DNA from: Pseudomonadota bacterium
GTDB lineage: Bacteria > Pseudomonadota > Alphaproteobacteria > Sphingomonadales > Sphingomonadaceae
Reading direction: 5' to 3'
Assembly (NCBI GenBank): GCA_040388765.1
Contig: JAZKBG010000005.1
Location: 17,045-81,044 of the forward strand
Length of the DNA stretch: 64,000 bases
Below the pieces are notes generated by a model. That model made no database searches, was not told the origin of the DNA, and was given only the letters and a program-made list of their open reading frames with translations. The position numbers were made by a program, and so were the translations under genes. Below are positions 17,307 to 25,847 of the stretch, piece after piece (positions within the stretch are counted from its first letter, which is position 1; every line of letters starts with the position of its first letter).

Positions 17307-19396
17307 TAGTGCGTCTGCTGGCGGTATTGCGGCGTGCGCTGGCGGCCGGGCTCCTGCTCGCCGACAGCGTTCCCGCCTCCGCAAACGCTGTCAGTACAAC
17401 CGATCCCTTCACGGTCGCCGCGCCGGCCATCGGCGCATCCTGGTATCCGGAGCAATGGCCGGAGGCGCAATGGGATCGTGATCTCGCATTGATGCGGCGC
17501 GCGAATTTCACGGTCGTCCGCGTCGGCGAGTTTGCCTGGTCACGGTTGGAGCCGAGCGACAATCGCTTCGACTTTGCCTGGCTGGACAAGGCGATTGCGG
17601 CAGCCGCCCGGCATGGCATCCGCGTGGTGATCGGCACGCCGACCGCCGCGCCGCCGATTTGGCTGACAGAGGCGCATCCCGATACGTTGCGCGTCAACGA
17701 GGATGGCAGCGTCGAGGGGCATGGTGAGCGGCGGCAATTCTCCTTCGCCAGCGCCACCTATCGCCGCTACGCCGCGCGCATAGCTGGCGAGCTGGCGCGC
17801 CGATACGGGCATAGTCCAAATGTCGTCGGGTGGCAGATCGACAATGAGATTGGCGTCCCGTCTTTCGATCGCGAAACAAAGGTGCTCTGGGCCGTGTGGC
17901 TGGAGCGGCGCTACGGCACTATCGCAGCGCTCAACCGGCGCTGGACCACCGAATATTGGAGCCAGCGCTACGAGCGCTTCGACCAAATCCCGCTGAAGTC
18001 GCGCGGACCGCAAAACCCAGCGCTGCTGCTCGACTTCCGCCGCTTCGCAAGCGCGGTGTGGGCGGATTATGTCGGCGAACAGGCCGCGGCGATCCGCACC
18101 CATGCCGATCCCCGCCAGTTCGTCGCGACCAACTCGACGGCGTGGAACAACAATTTCGACCAGTTCCTCGTTCATCGCGGGCTCGATATCGCGGCGTGGG
18201 ACGATTATGTGCCGAATGGCCGGCCCGACTGGGCAGCCAATGCGCTGCACCACGATGTGGTGCGCGGATATAAGCGCCGCAATTTCTGGGTGATGGAAGC
18301 GCAGCCCGGCCGCGTCGACTGGGCTGCGGTCAACCGGTCGCTGGAGCCCGGCCAGGTGCGCGAAGTCGCCTGGCAGACGATTGGACACGGTGGCGATGCC
18401 GTGATCTACTGGCAATGGCGCAGCGCGCTGAACGGCCAGGAGCAGCATCACGGCACGCTGGTTGGCCCGGATGGCGAGCCGATGCCGATCTTCGACGAGA
18501 TCGCCCGCACAGGCTCCGAATTTGCCGCCGCGGCGCCCTATCTTGCCGGCACCAGCGTGCCACAGGCCAAAGTCGCGCTGATCTATTCGCAGGAAAGCCG
18601 CTGGGCGACCGAGAATGAGCGGCACCATCGCGACTATGATCCTGTCGCCGTGTTGAAGGACTGGTACCGCCCTTTTGCGGCGGCAGGCCAGGCCATCGAC
18701 GTGGTCGCGCCCGACACCGATCTGGCGGGATACCGGATGGTGCTGGCGCCCAATCTGAACCTGCTGGATGCGGCGACCGCGGCACGGCTGGCCGCCTATG
18801 TCCGGGCCGGCGGCCAATTGGTGCTGGGTCCGCGATCCGGCATGAAGGACGGGGATAACGGGCTCTGGACCCAGCGCCAGCCCGGCCACTTGTCTGCACT
18901 GCTCGGTGGCCGCGTCGACTATTATTATCCGCTCGACGAACCCGCATCGATCGCCGGACAGATCGGCGATGCGAAGGTAACGATCTGGGCTGAGGTGCTT
19001 GCGCCCCGTGCCAGCGATGTGGAGATTGTGGCGCGTTATACGAGCGGCAGCGGCTGGCTGGTCGATCGACCCGCGATCCTGTCCCGCGGCATCGGCAAGG
19101 GCAGGATCACCTATGTCGGGGCAATACTGGATGGCGAGGGGCAACGGCGCCTGACGGATTGGCTGACTGCTCGCGCCACGCTGCCGCCACCGGTCATCGC
19201 GCCGCAGCCTGGCGTCGAGATCAGCGAGCGCCGCGATGCGCGCACGCGATACCTGGTGATGATCAATCACAACGACACGCCTGTGACTCTGGCGTTGCCC
19301 ACCACCGGAAAGCCAATCCTCGGCGACCTAAGGGGAAACGTGCTGCGCGGACACGGCGTCGCATTGTGGGCGCTCCCCGACAACATGGGCCGTTAA
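17303..19396 (+). CDS. GH42 family beta-galactosidase with N-terminal signal-like leader
   Basis: SWYPEQWPEAQWDRDLALMRRANFTVVRVGEFAWSRLEP and WQIDNE are typical of the GH42 TIM barrel. Start placed at ATG 17303 (ATGA overlap), giving MIVRLLAVLRRALAAGLLLADSVPASANA. Confidence 0.85.
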   Translation: MIVRLLAVLRRALAAGLLLADSVPASANAVSTTDPFTVAAPAIGASWYPEQWPEAQWDRDLALMRRANFTVVRVGEFAWSRLEPSDNRFDFAWLDKAIAAAARHGIRVVIGTPTAAPPIWLTEAHPDTLRVNEDGSVEGHGERRQFSFASATYRRYAARIAGELARRYGHSPNVVGWQIDNEIGVPSFDRETKVLWAVWLERRYGTIAALNRRWTTEYWSQRYERFDQIPLKSRGPQNPALLLDFRRFASAVWADYVGEQAAAIRTHADPRQFVATNSTAWNNNFDQFLVHRGLDIAAWDDYVPNGRPDWAANALHHDVVRGYKRRNFWVMEAQPGRVDWAAVNRSLEPGQVREVAWQTIGHGGDAVIYWQWRSALNGQEQHHGTLVGPDGEPMPIFDEIARTGSEFAAAAPYLAGTSVPQAKVALIYSQESRWATENERHHRDYDPVAVLKDWYRPFAAAGQAIDVVAPDTDLAGYRMVLAPNLNLLDAATAARLAAYVRAGGQLVLGPRSGMKDGDNGLWTQRQPGHLSALLGGRVDYYYPLDEPASIAGQIGDAKVTIWAEVLAPRASDVEIVARYTSGSGWLVDRPAILSRGIGKGRITYVGAILDGEGQRRLTDWLTARATLPPPVIAPQPGVEISERRDARTRYLVMINHNDTPVTLALPTTGKPILGDLRGNVLRGHGVALWALPDNMGR

Positions 19397-19609
19397 GCAA
19401 TACACCTCCGATCCAGCCATCGCCGTAGTTGCGATTGCACCATTATGGTGTCAGGCGGAAGTATCAAGCGATCTTCACGCGTCGCTGGTCACGGCACCAA
19501 AAGTATCATCCTCACCTTGGCATATCCGCATTTATGGCGTGATAGGGTCGGCATGGGCGATGCCGGGCAAGGCATCCCTATTGCCATTTGGATCCGTATC
19601 CAGCAAGGA

Positions 19610-19632
19610 CATATCATATGCAACCTCAGGAA
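19610..19632. repeat. Right copy of the perfect 23-bp direct repeat CATATCATATGCAACCTCAGGAA
   Basis: Identical to 3384-3406. It contains the probable marR ATG (19618-19620), preceded by AAGGA. Confidence 0.9.
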
Positions 19633-20112
19633 GAGCGGCTACGCGGAATTGCCACGGCCTTTGGCTGGACCTGGTATCGTATGCGGAGGTTGATAGATGC
19701 CCACCTCTCAGCCCAGGGCGCGTCGATGGCGCGGCTCAAGTTGCTAGCCTATTTGGCGGAACAACCGCGCCGTTCGACCGACATCGCAAGCTTCTTCGAC
19801 CAAGCACCGCGCACCGTCACGCAGGCGATTGATTCTCTCGAGCAGAAAGGCTTGGTTCTACGGTTGCCTGTCGCGGGGGACCGGCGCGCAAAACTCGTAC
19901 AGATCACCGACGTAGGTAAAGCGATGCTGGAACAGGGTCTGCCGCTGTTTGACGGGATCGTTGAACTGACGTTTGGCAGCTTGAAACCGACTGAACTTTC
20001 CGGCCTCGACGCGGCGATCCGGCACTTGGCCCAGATCGTCGAAGATCTGGAGAAAATTGGGGGGCTGATTCCGGTTCCTGTCGCCGTTGCAGAAGATCGA
20101 GGCCATGGCTGA
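19618..20112 (+). CDS. MarR-family transcriptional regulator
   Basis: Winged-HTH region RRSTDIASFFDQAPRTVTQAIDSLEQKGLVLRLPVAGDRRAKLVQITDVG. The tracked ORF begins at TTG 19588. ATG 19618 with an AAGGA 8 nt upstream is preferred. Confidence 0.85.
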   Translation: MQPQEERLRGIATAFGWTWYRMRRLIDAHLSAQGASMARLKLLAYLAEQPRRSTDIASFFDQAPRTVTQAIDSLEQKGLVLRLPVAGDRRAKLVQITDVGKAMLEQGLPLFDGIVELTFGSLKPTELSGLDAAIRHLAQIVEDLEKIGGLIPVPVAVAEDRGHG

Positions 20113-21718
20113 CCCTAATTCAATCGCTCCATCCGATGATAGCTCGATGAGAGAGCGTGATCGGTTTGCGCAAATCCTCATTCTGTTCGGACGGCACGGT
20201 CTCAAGGGCTTAGCCGCCCGGCTCGGGCTTGCGTGTTCTGAGGACGAGACGCTATCTAACGCTCGGCCAGAGGCCGTCGTTGCACTCTTACGCGACATCG
20301 GCCCGGCAGCGGTCAAGTTCGGGCAGATTCTCGCGATGCGCAGCGATCTGCTAGAGCCAGAATGGATTGAAGCGCTTTCGACGCTGCAAGACCGGGTTCC
20401 GCCCCTACCATTTGCGATCGTGCAGCCACTCGTCGAGGAGGCGATCGGCGGAACCATCGAAAGTTTCTTCGGACAGTTTGATTCCGCAGCGATTGCGGCA
20501 GGCTCAATAGCGCAGGCGCATTCAGCGACGCTGCGCGACGGGCGGGAGGTGATCGTCAAAATCCGACGGCCGGGGATTGAGCGGATCGTCGATGCAGACC
20601 TGAGAATACTGCGGCGGTTGGCCAGATTGGCAGAACGACGCATACCCGAGATTGCGCGACTGAAGCCTGACGAATTGCTGCGCAATTTCGCCGAAAGCCT
20701 CGACCGTGAAATGGATCTTAGCGCTGAAGCCCGCGCGAGCGACGAGATTGGATCTTTTCTCCAGAGTTACCGGGTCCGAACCGCGCGCTTCGACTGGGAG
20801 CTTTCCGGCAGGCGCGTGAATATCCAGGAGCGACTACGCGGCATTCCAGCGAGCGATCTCGAGGCTGCTCGCCAAAGCAATCTCGATCTCACCGCGCTTG
20901 GACGCGCCTACGCCCAAGCAATCCTGCGCATGATCATCATAAACGGTCATTTTCACGCCGATCCGCATCCCGGCAACGTCTTTTTTTTGGAAGATGGAAA
21001 TATCGGTCTCATCGACTTCGGAGCGGTCGGGACTCTGCTGCCAAGACGCCGGGAGGAACTCGTACGGCTCGGTCTGGCGATCGCTTCCGAGGATACCGGC
21101 GGCGTGGTGGATGTCCTCATGCTCTGGGCTGGCGATCCCGACGTAGACCGGGTCAGACTTGAAGAGTCGCTCGCCCTTCTGATTGACCGATTTAGCAATG
21201 TCCTGCTCGAGCAGATTGATCTTGCTGAGATCTTTCAAATGGTCTTCGCGATCCTACGCGACTTTAAGCTTGCTCTCCCGCCCGACCTGGCGCTGGTGCT
21301 ACGGACATTGCTAACCGCTGAGGGCTTCGTTCGGCGAATTGATCCGTCGTTTGACATCGCTCGCGAGCTAGCGCCGGTAGCGAAGGAACTGATGCGGGGG
21401 CGCATCAGTCCGACGCGATTGCGCGGCGAGGCTGGAAAGCTTGTCGCGGCGCTGGGCCGTGCAGCGCTATCGACGCCAAGTTTTATAGGACAGATCGAGA
21501 AAGTCGCGCGGACCGGCTCGATCACCGTCAGCATCGCTCCGAAGGATCTGGAGCGATTGCGGGGCGGCGAGCGACGCAGCAATCCCATCCCACAACTTTA
21601 CCCCGCAGCTCTAGGAATATGCGCGGCAATCTTGGTGTCGTCACAGCCGATCTTGTCGGGGCTCTTGGCGGTTGCCTGCCTCGCGCTGGCACTGGCCGAC
21701 AGAGCGAGGAGGCGATGA
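20105..21718 (+). CDS. ABC1/UbiB-family atypical protein kinase-like protein
   Basis: ABC1 motifs GPAAVKFGQILAMRSDLL, AAGSIAQAH and FHADPHPGNVFF, plus a C-terminal hydrophobic segment. ATG 20105 overlaps the marR stop by 8 nt. Confidence 0.85.
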   Translation: MADPNSIAPSDDSSMRERDRFAQILILFGRHGLKGLAARLGLACSEDETLSNARPEAVVALLRDIGPAAVKFGQILAMRSDLLEPEWIEALSTLQDRVPPLPFAIVQPLVEEAIGGTIESFFGQFDSAAIAAGSIAQAHSATLRDGREVIVKIRRPGIERIVDADLRILRRLARLAERRIPEIARLKPDELLRNFAESLDREMDLSAEARASDEIGSFLQSYRVRTARFDWELSGRRVNIQERLRGIPASDLEAARQSNLDLTALGRAYAQAILRMIIINGHFHADPHPGNVFFLEDGNIGLIDFGAVGTLLPRRREELVRLGLAIASEDTGGVVDVLMLWAGDPDVDRVRLEESLALLIDRFSNVLLEQIDLAEIFQMVFAILRDFKLALPPDLALVLRTLLTAEGFVRRIDPSFDIARELAPVAKELMRGRISPTRLRGEAGKLVAALGRAALSTPSFIGQIEKVARTGSITVSIAPKDLERLRGGERRSNPIPQLYPAALGICAAILVSSQPILSGLLAVACLALALADRARRR

Positions 21719-21789
21719 GTTCGCAATGCATTGGGTGCAGCGTGCAGGCACGCGCGCGCCTTTGCCGGCATCAGAAGCTCTAGGTCGCG

Positions 21790-22728
21790 ATGGAAACCCA
21801 CTCCAACTGGCTTAAGGTGAGCATGGTCGTAGGTCTGCTCTTGACGGCACTTATCGGGTTTGCCTTTTGGATCATCCAAGCCAGCGATGCTGAGGGACCC
21901 ACGTACGAGATCCGTTTCAAGCAATCGGTCGCTGGCGTTCAAAAAGGTTCCAGCGTCAAATTCGTCGGCGTAGCCGTTGGGCAGGTGACCGAAGTCCAGC
22001 TGCGGCCGGACAATCCGGATCTCGTGACCGTACGTTTCGTGCTGATGGAGGACGAAATGCTTCATCCCGGCGTCAAAGCGTCGATCAACAGATCATTAAT
22101 CGACGGATCTGCCACGATAGATTTGGAGGGAGGCAACGTCAACTTGCCGGCGCTTATGGCGCAGCCGGGGCAGCCCTATCCAGTCATACCTGTGAAGAGC
22201 GGTGGTTTACTCGGTGGGGGCTCCAGCCCGACAGATTTCATAGCAAAATTATCGTCAGCGACTGAAAGTTTATCCAAGAAGCTCGACCCTGCCGGGCAGA
22301 GTGCGATAGAAAGCCGTCTTGAAGACCTAGCGCGCCGATCGCATACTTGGGACAGTACCGCTGATCGGGGTGCCCGCCAAATATCGCCGCACAGACTGAA
22401 TGCAATTGGAGATGCGTTGGCCCGGACGGGAACCAATGCGGAGAAATTGCGCCGGCGGCTTGATGCGTCACGCGGAGAACTGCGCCAAAACCTCGTAGGC
22501 CCGCTGCGTGATGCCGAACTTACGGCCGAAACTCTGGGTCAGTCGATTAACCGCGCCCGGCCGAAGGTCAGGCAACTGGAAGACGATGCGCTCAAGATTA
22601 CGGAAACCGTTCGCTCACTTCGGGCACCGGTGTTGCGCGTGGGCGAGGCCGCTCAGAAACTCGAGCGTCAAGGCCTGGGATCTCTCACTCTACCTGATTA
22701 CCGCCCCTCAGATGAGGAGAAGCGATAG
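21790..22728 (+). CDS. MlaD/MCE-domain protein with long C-terminal helical extension
   Basis: 312 aa. N-terminal TM, then an MlaD domain (YEIRFKQSVAGVQKGSSVKFVGVAVGQVTEVQL). No adjacent MlaE/MlaF genes. Confidence 0.75.
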   Translation: METHSNWLKVSMVVGLLLTALIGFAFWIIQASDAEGPTYEIRFKQSVAGVQKGSSVKFVGVAVGQVTEVQLRPDNPDLVTVRFVLMEDEMLHPGVKASINRSLIDGSATIDLEGGNVNLPALMAQPGQPYPVIPVKSGGLLGGGSSPTDFIAKLSSATESLSKKLDPAGQSAIESRLEDLARRSHTWDSTADRGARQISPHRLNAIGDALARTGTNAEKLRRRLDASRGELRQNLVGPLRDAELTAETLGQSINRARPKVRQLEDDALKITETVRSLRAPVLRVGEAAQKLERQGLGSLTLPDYRPSDEEKR

Positions 22729-22958
22729 GCATTCACTATTGCCGACGCGCGTTTGGATATAGTGTTGTCTGATGTTGATTATTTCACGTACACTCAGTTC
22801 CTTGCTGAGCCAGTAGAACTTAACTGTAGATTATTTTTCCTGTGTCTTTTGCTGTATGTAGTTAACGAAACTCCAGTATCGTGCAATATATCCATGCCGA
22901 TTTGCATTAGTATTTATCAGAAACGAAGAACTTGCGTAGATTTTTGGGAGTTAAGAAT

Positions 22959-25832
22959 ATGCGCCTTGCTTTATATATGGCTTCGACTGCATCAATAGCA
23001 ATTGCTACCCCTGCCCTTGGTCAGGAGCCAGCTCGCTCCAACCGCGCCGATCCCAAACCGCCGTTGCAAAGCGCCGTCCCCGGCGCGGCTCAGTCAGGAT
23101 CTTCGGCGCAAGGAAACGCGGTGGTCAGCGAGGAGAATAGCGGTGCCGGCGACATCATCGTCACCGCCACCCGCCGCGCTAGCCCGCTGAGCGACGTGCC
23201 GATCGCGGTGAGCGCGGTGACACAGGAGGCGCTTCAGAACACCGGCGCCAACGACATTCGCGCCTTGAACCAGCTCGCACCCTCACTGCTGGTTTCTTCA
23301 ACGGGAAACGAGTCAAATGCGTCAGCGCGCATTCGTGGCATTGGCACGGTCGGGGACAATCCTGGCCTTGAAAGCTCGGTCGCCACCTTCATCGATGGCG
23401 TCTATCGCAGCCGCACCGGCGTCGGGTTGAACGAACTTGGCGAGATCGAGCGGGTTGAGGTACTGCGCGGCCCGCAGGGGACGCTATTCGGCCGCAATGC
23501 TTCCGCAGGCCTCATCAACATTGTCACTAAGTCGCCGCAATTTACGTTCGGCGGACTTGCCGAACTGACCTATGGCAATTTCGATAATAGGCGAGCACAG
23601 GTTGGCGTCACTGGACCGCTCACCGACACAATCGCGTTTCGATTTGACGGTATCTACAATATACGAGACGGCTTTTATCGAAACATTACACAAATCAACA
23701 ATGAAGCTCGGGTCAACGACCGCGATCGGTATTTCGTTCGCGGTCAATTGCTTTTCAATCCAAATGAAAGCATCCGTGTACGGCTGATCGGCGAATACAG
23801 TCATCGCGATGAAAGTTGCTGTGGCGCAACATATTATAGCAAGTTCGAGACTTTCGATCCAACCGCAAACGCAGCGCAGGCCAACGGCAGCACCGTCAAC
23901 ACCGATGGCGCATTCGCCTATGCCGATGCCAGCCGCATTCTTGGCATAATGGACCGACTGGGCGCGGTAAGACCGAGCTCCAACCCCCGCGCCAATCCGT
24001 TCGCGCGCGACGTCGCGATCTCGCCGGGCCGCACGTTCCGGAACGTCACCGAGGACTACGGCGGTTCTGGCCAGATCGACTGGGATGTGGGCGGCGTCAA
24101 CCTGACGTCGATCACTGCCTATAGACAATACAAATCTGGCAACGCCGGGGACACCGATTACGGCAACCTCGATCTTAGCTATCGCGATGTCGATTCCTAT
24201 CGGCAGTTCAAGACGTTCACCCAGGAGCTACGCCTCCAAGGTTCAGCATTTGATGGCACGCTCGACTGGCTCGTTGGAGGCTTCTACTCACACGAGAAAC
24301 TGTTGCTGGTCGACAGTACGAAATTTGGTACGCAGTACGGCACATTTGCCGCCTGTCGTCTAGTTGCCACGCTCAATCCGGCCGTCGCGTTGCAGGATCA
24401 AAACGCTCCCGGTTGCCTCAGCGCCGCGGGTCGCGCGACAGTAACCGGCGCGTTCGGCGCGACGCTGGCACCAGCAGTACTTAGTGGCCTTGACCGACTA
24501 TCTGGCAGCGTTGTTAACGGAAGCCGCGTCGGAGGCGTGAACAACGTGGGCGACAGTGGGTCGCGCTACCTGCAAACCAGCGAAAATTATGCCTTCTTCA
24601 CTCATAACATAATCAACGTAACAGATACGATCTCGCTCACCCTGGGGCTTCGTTACACCCACGAGGCAAAAGAATTCCGAGGGAACTTTAGTAATAATAA
24701 TACGGTATGCCCTGCGCAGCAATCCAATCTCTCGCCTCTTCTTTCCAATGCGGCTGTGCCGTCAACAGCTAGCACCTTCATCGGTGGGATTATTACGTTG
24801 ACCTGCACCGGAAACAGCTCGTCGACGATCAATGCGCTCAATCTCAGCGACCGCTTTTCGGATGGCGAATTTACCGGCACCGCGGTGGTGTCTTGGAAAC
24901 CGACGCCGCGATTGCTCACTTATGCATCATACGCGAAAGGGTATAAGGCTGGGGGGTACAACCTCGACCGTTCTGACCTTGGCGGCCTTTCAGGCGTTTT
25001 CTCCCCGCGCACTAATGCCGACGCGCCGGGGTTGCGCTTCGACGCCGAGAAGGTCGATGCTTACGAGATTGGCGCAAAGTACAATATCAGCCGAGCTTTC
25101 AGTCTCAATCTCGCCGCTTTTCGGCAAGAGTTCAACGATTTCCAGCTAAATACTTTTAACGGTTCTGTGTTCGTCGTTCAGAACATTCAAGGCTGCAAAT
25201 CTGACCTCGGCGGTGCTGACACTGACAGCTTGGCCGGTAATGGAACGTGCGCAGGAAACGCCGACAAGTCGGGGGTGATTTCGCAGGGTGTTGAGGCAGA
25301 AGCTACGCTAAATCCCGCGCGCAACGTTATGCTCGCCGCCGGTTATACTTACTCCGACACCTATTTTCGCCGCAATTTAGTCGGGAACGCGCAAGGTGAG
25401 GCACTCGACCCAGCTTTGTTCCTGTTGTCAGGCGCGCAACTGTCGAATGCACCGAAGCACGTCGTGACGACGTCGCTTGCCTGGACTCCGTCAATCGGGT
25501 CGAGCGGTATGTCGGCCCTGCTGTATGTCGATAGCCGAATGACGTCGGACTACAACACGGGTTCAGACCTTGCGCCGGAGAAAATTCAGGACGGTTATGT
25601 GTTGGTCAACGCGCGTCTCGGCCTTCGCGGCCGCGATCAGAGGTGGGCGCTTGAATTCTGGGCCCAGAATCTGGCCAATAAAAAGTATATCCAGGTTGCA
25701 TTCAATACACCATTTCAAGGTTCGGGCTCGATTGCCAATGTGCAGCGGTTCGGCGGTACAGCTAACGCGCTCTATTCTTCTTTCTTGGCCGAACCGCGCA
25801 CTTATGGCGTAACATTGCGCAGCCGGTTCTAA
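22959..25832 (+). CDS. TonB-dependent outer-membrane receptor (lower GC than its surroundings)
   Basis: Start ATG 22959, 8 nt after GGGAG. Signal ending ALGQE, TonB box DIIVTATRR, plug motif VEVLRGPQGTLFGRNASAGLINIV, C-terminal LRSRF. Confidence 0.9.
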   Translation: MRLALYMASTASIAIATPALGQEPARSNRADPKPPLQSAVPGAAQSGSSAQGNAVVSEENSGAGDIIVTATRRASPLSDVPIAVSAVTQEALQNTGANDIRALNQLAPSLLVSSTGNESNASARIRGIGTVGDNPGLESSVATFIDGVYRSRTGVGLNELGEIERVEVLRGPQGTLFGRNASAGLINIVTKSPQFTFGGLAELTYGNFDNRRAQVGVTGPLTDTIAFRFDGIYNIRDGFYRNITQINNEARVNDRDRYFVRGQLLFNPNESIRVRLIGEYSHRDESCCGATYYSKFETFDPTANAAQANGSTVNTDGAFAYADASRILGIMDRLGAVRPSSNPRANPFARDVAISPGRTFRNVTEDYGGSGQIDWDVGGVNLTSITAYRQYKSGNAGDTDYGNLDLSYRDVDSYRQFKTFTQELRLQGSAFDGTLDWLVGGFYSHEKLLLVDSTKFGTQYGTFAACRLVATLNPAVALQDQNAPGCLSAAGRATVTGAFGATLAPAVLSGLDRLSGSVVNGSRVGGVNNVGDSGSRYLQTSENYAFFTHNIINVTDTISLTLGLRYTHEAKEFRGNFSNNNTVCPAQQSNLSPLLSNAAVPSTASTFIGGIITLTCTGNSSSTINALNLSDRFSDGEFTGTAVVSWKPTPRLLTYASYAKGYKAGGYNLDRSDLGGLSGVFSPRTNADAPGLRFDAEKVDAYEIGAKYNISRAFSLNLAAFRQEFNDFQLNTFNGSVFVVQNIQGCKSDLGGADTDSLAGNGTCAGNADKSGVISQGVEAEATLNPARNVMLAAGYTYSDTYFRRNLVGNAQGEALDPALFLLSGAQLSNAPKHVVTTSLAWTPSIGSSGMSALLYVDSRMTSDYNTGSDLAPEKIQDGYVLVNARLGLRGRDQRWALEFWAQNLANKKYIQVAFNTPFQGSGSIANVQRFGGTANALYSSFLAEPRTYGVTLRSRF

Positions 25833-25847
25833 TATTATTTTGGAGAT

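Noticed and set aside
22753-22998. 81-aa ORF in the AT-rich leader (MDIVLSDVDYFTYTQF...)
   Set aside because: No RBS, a hydrophobic low-complexity product of AT-rich sequence, and overlap with the well-supported TonB-receptor start. Most likely non-coding promoter/leader DNA.
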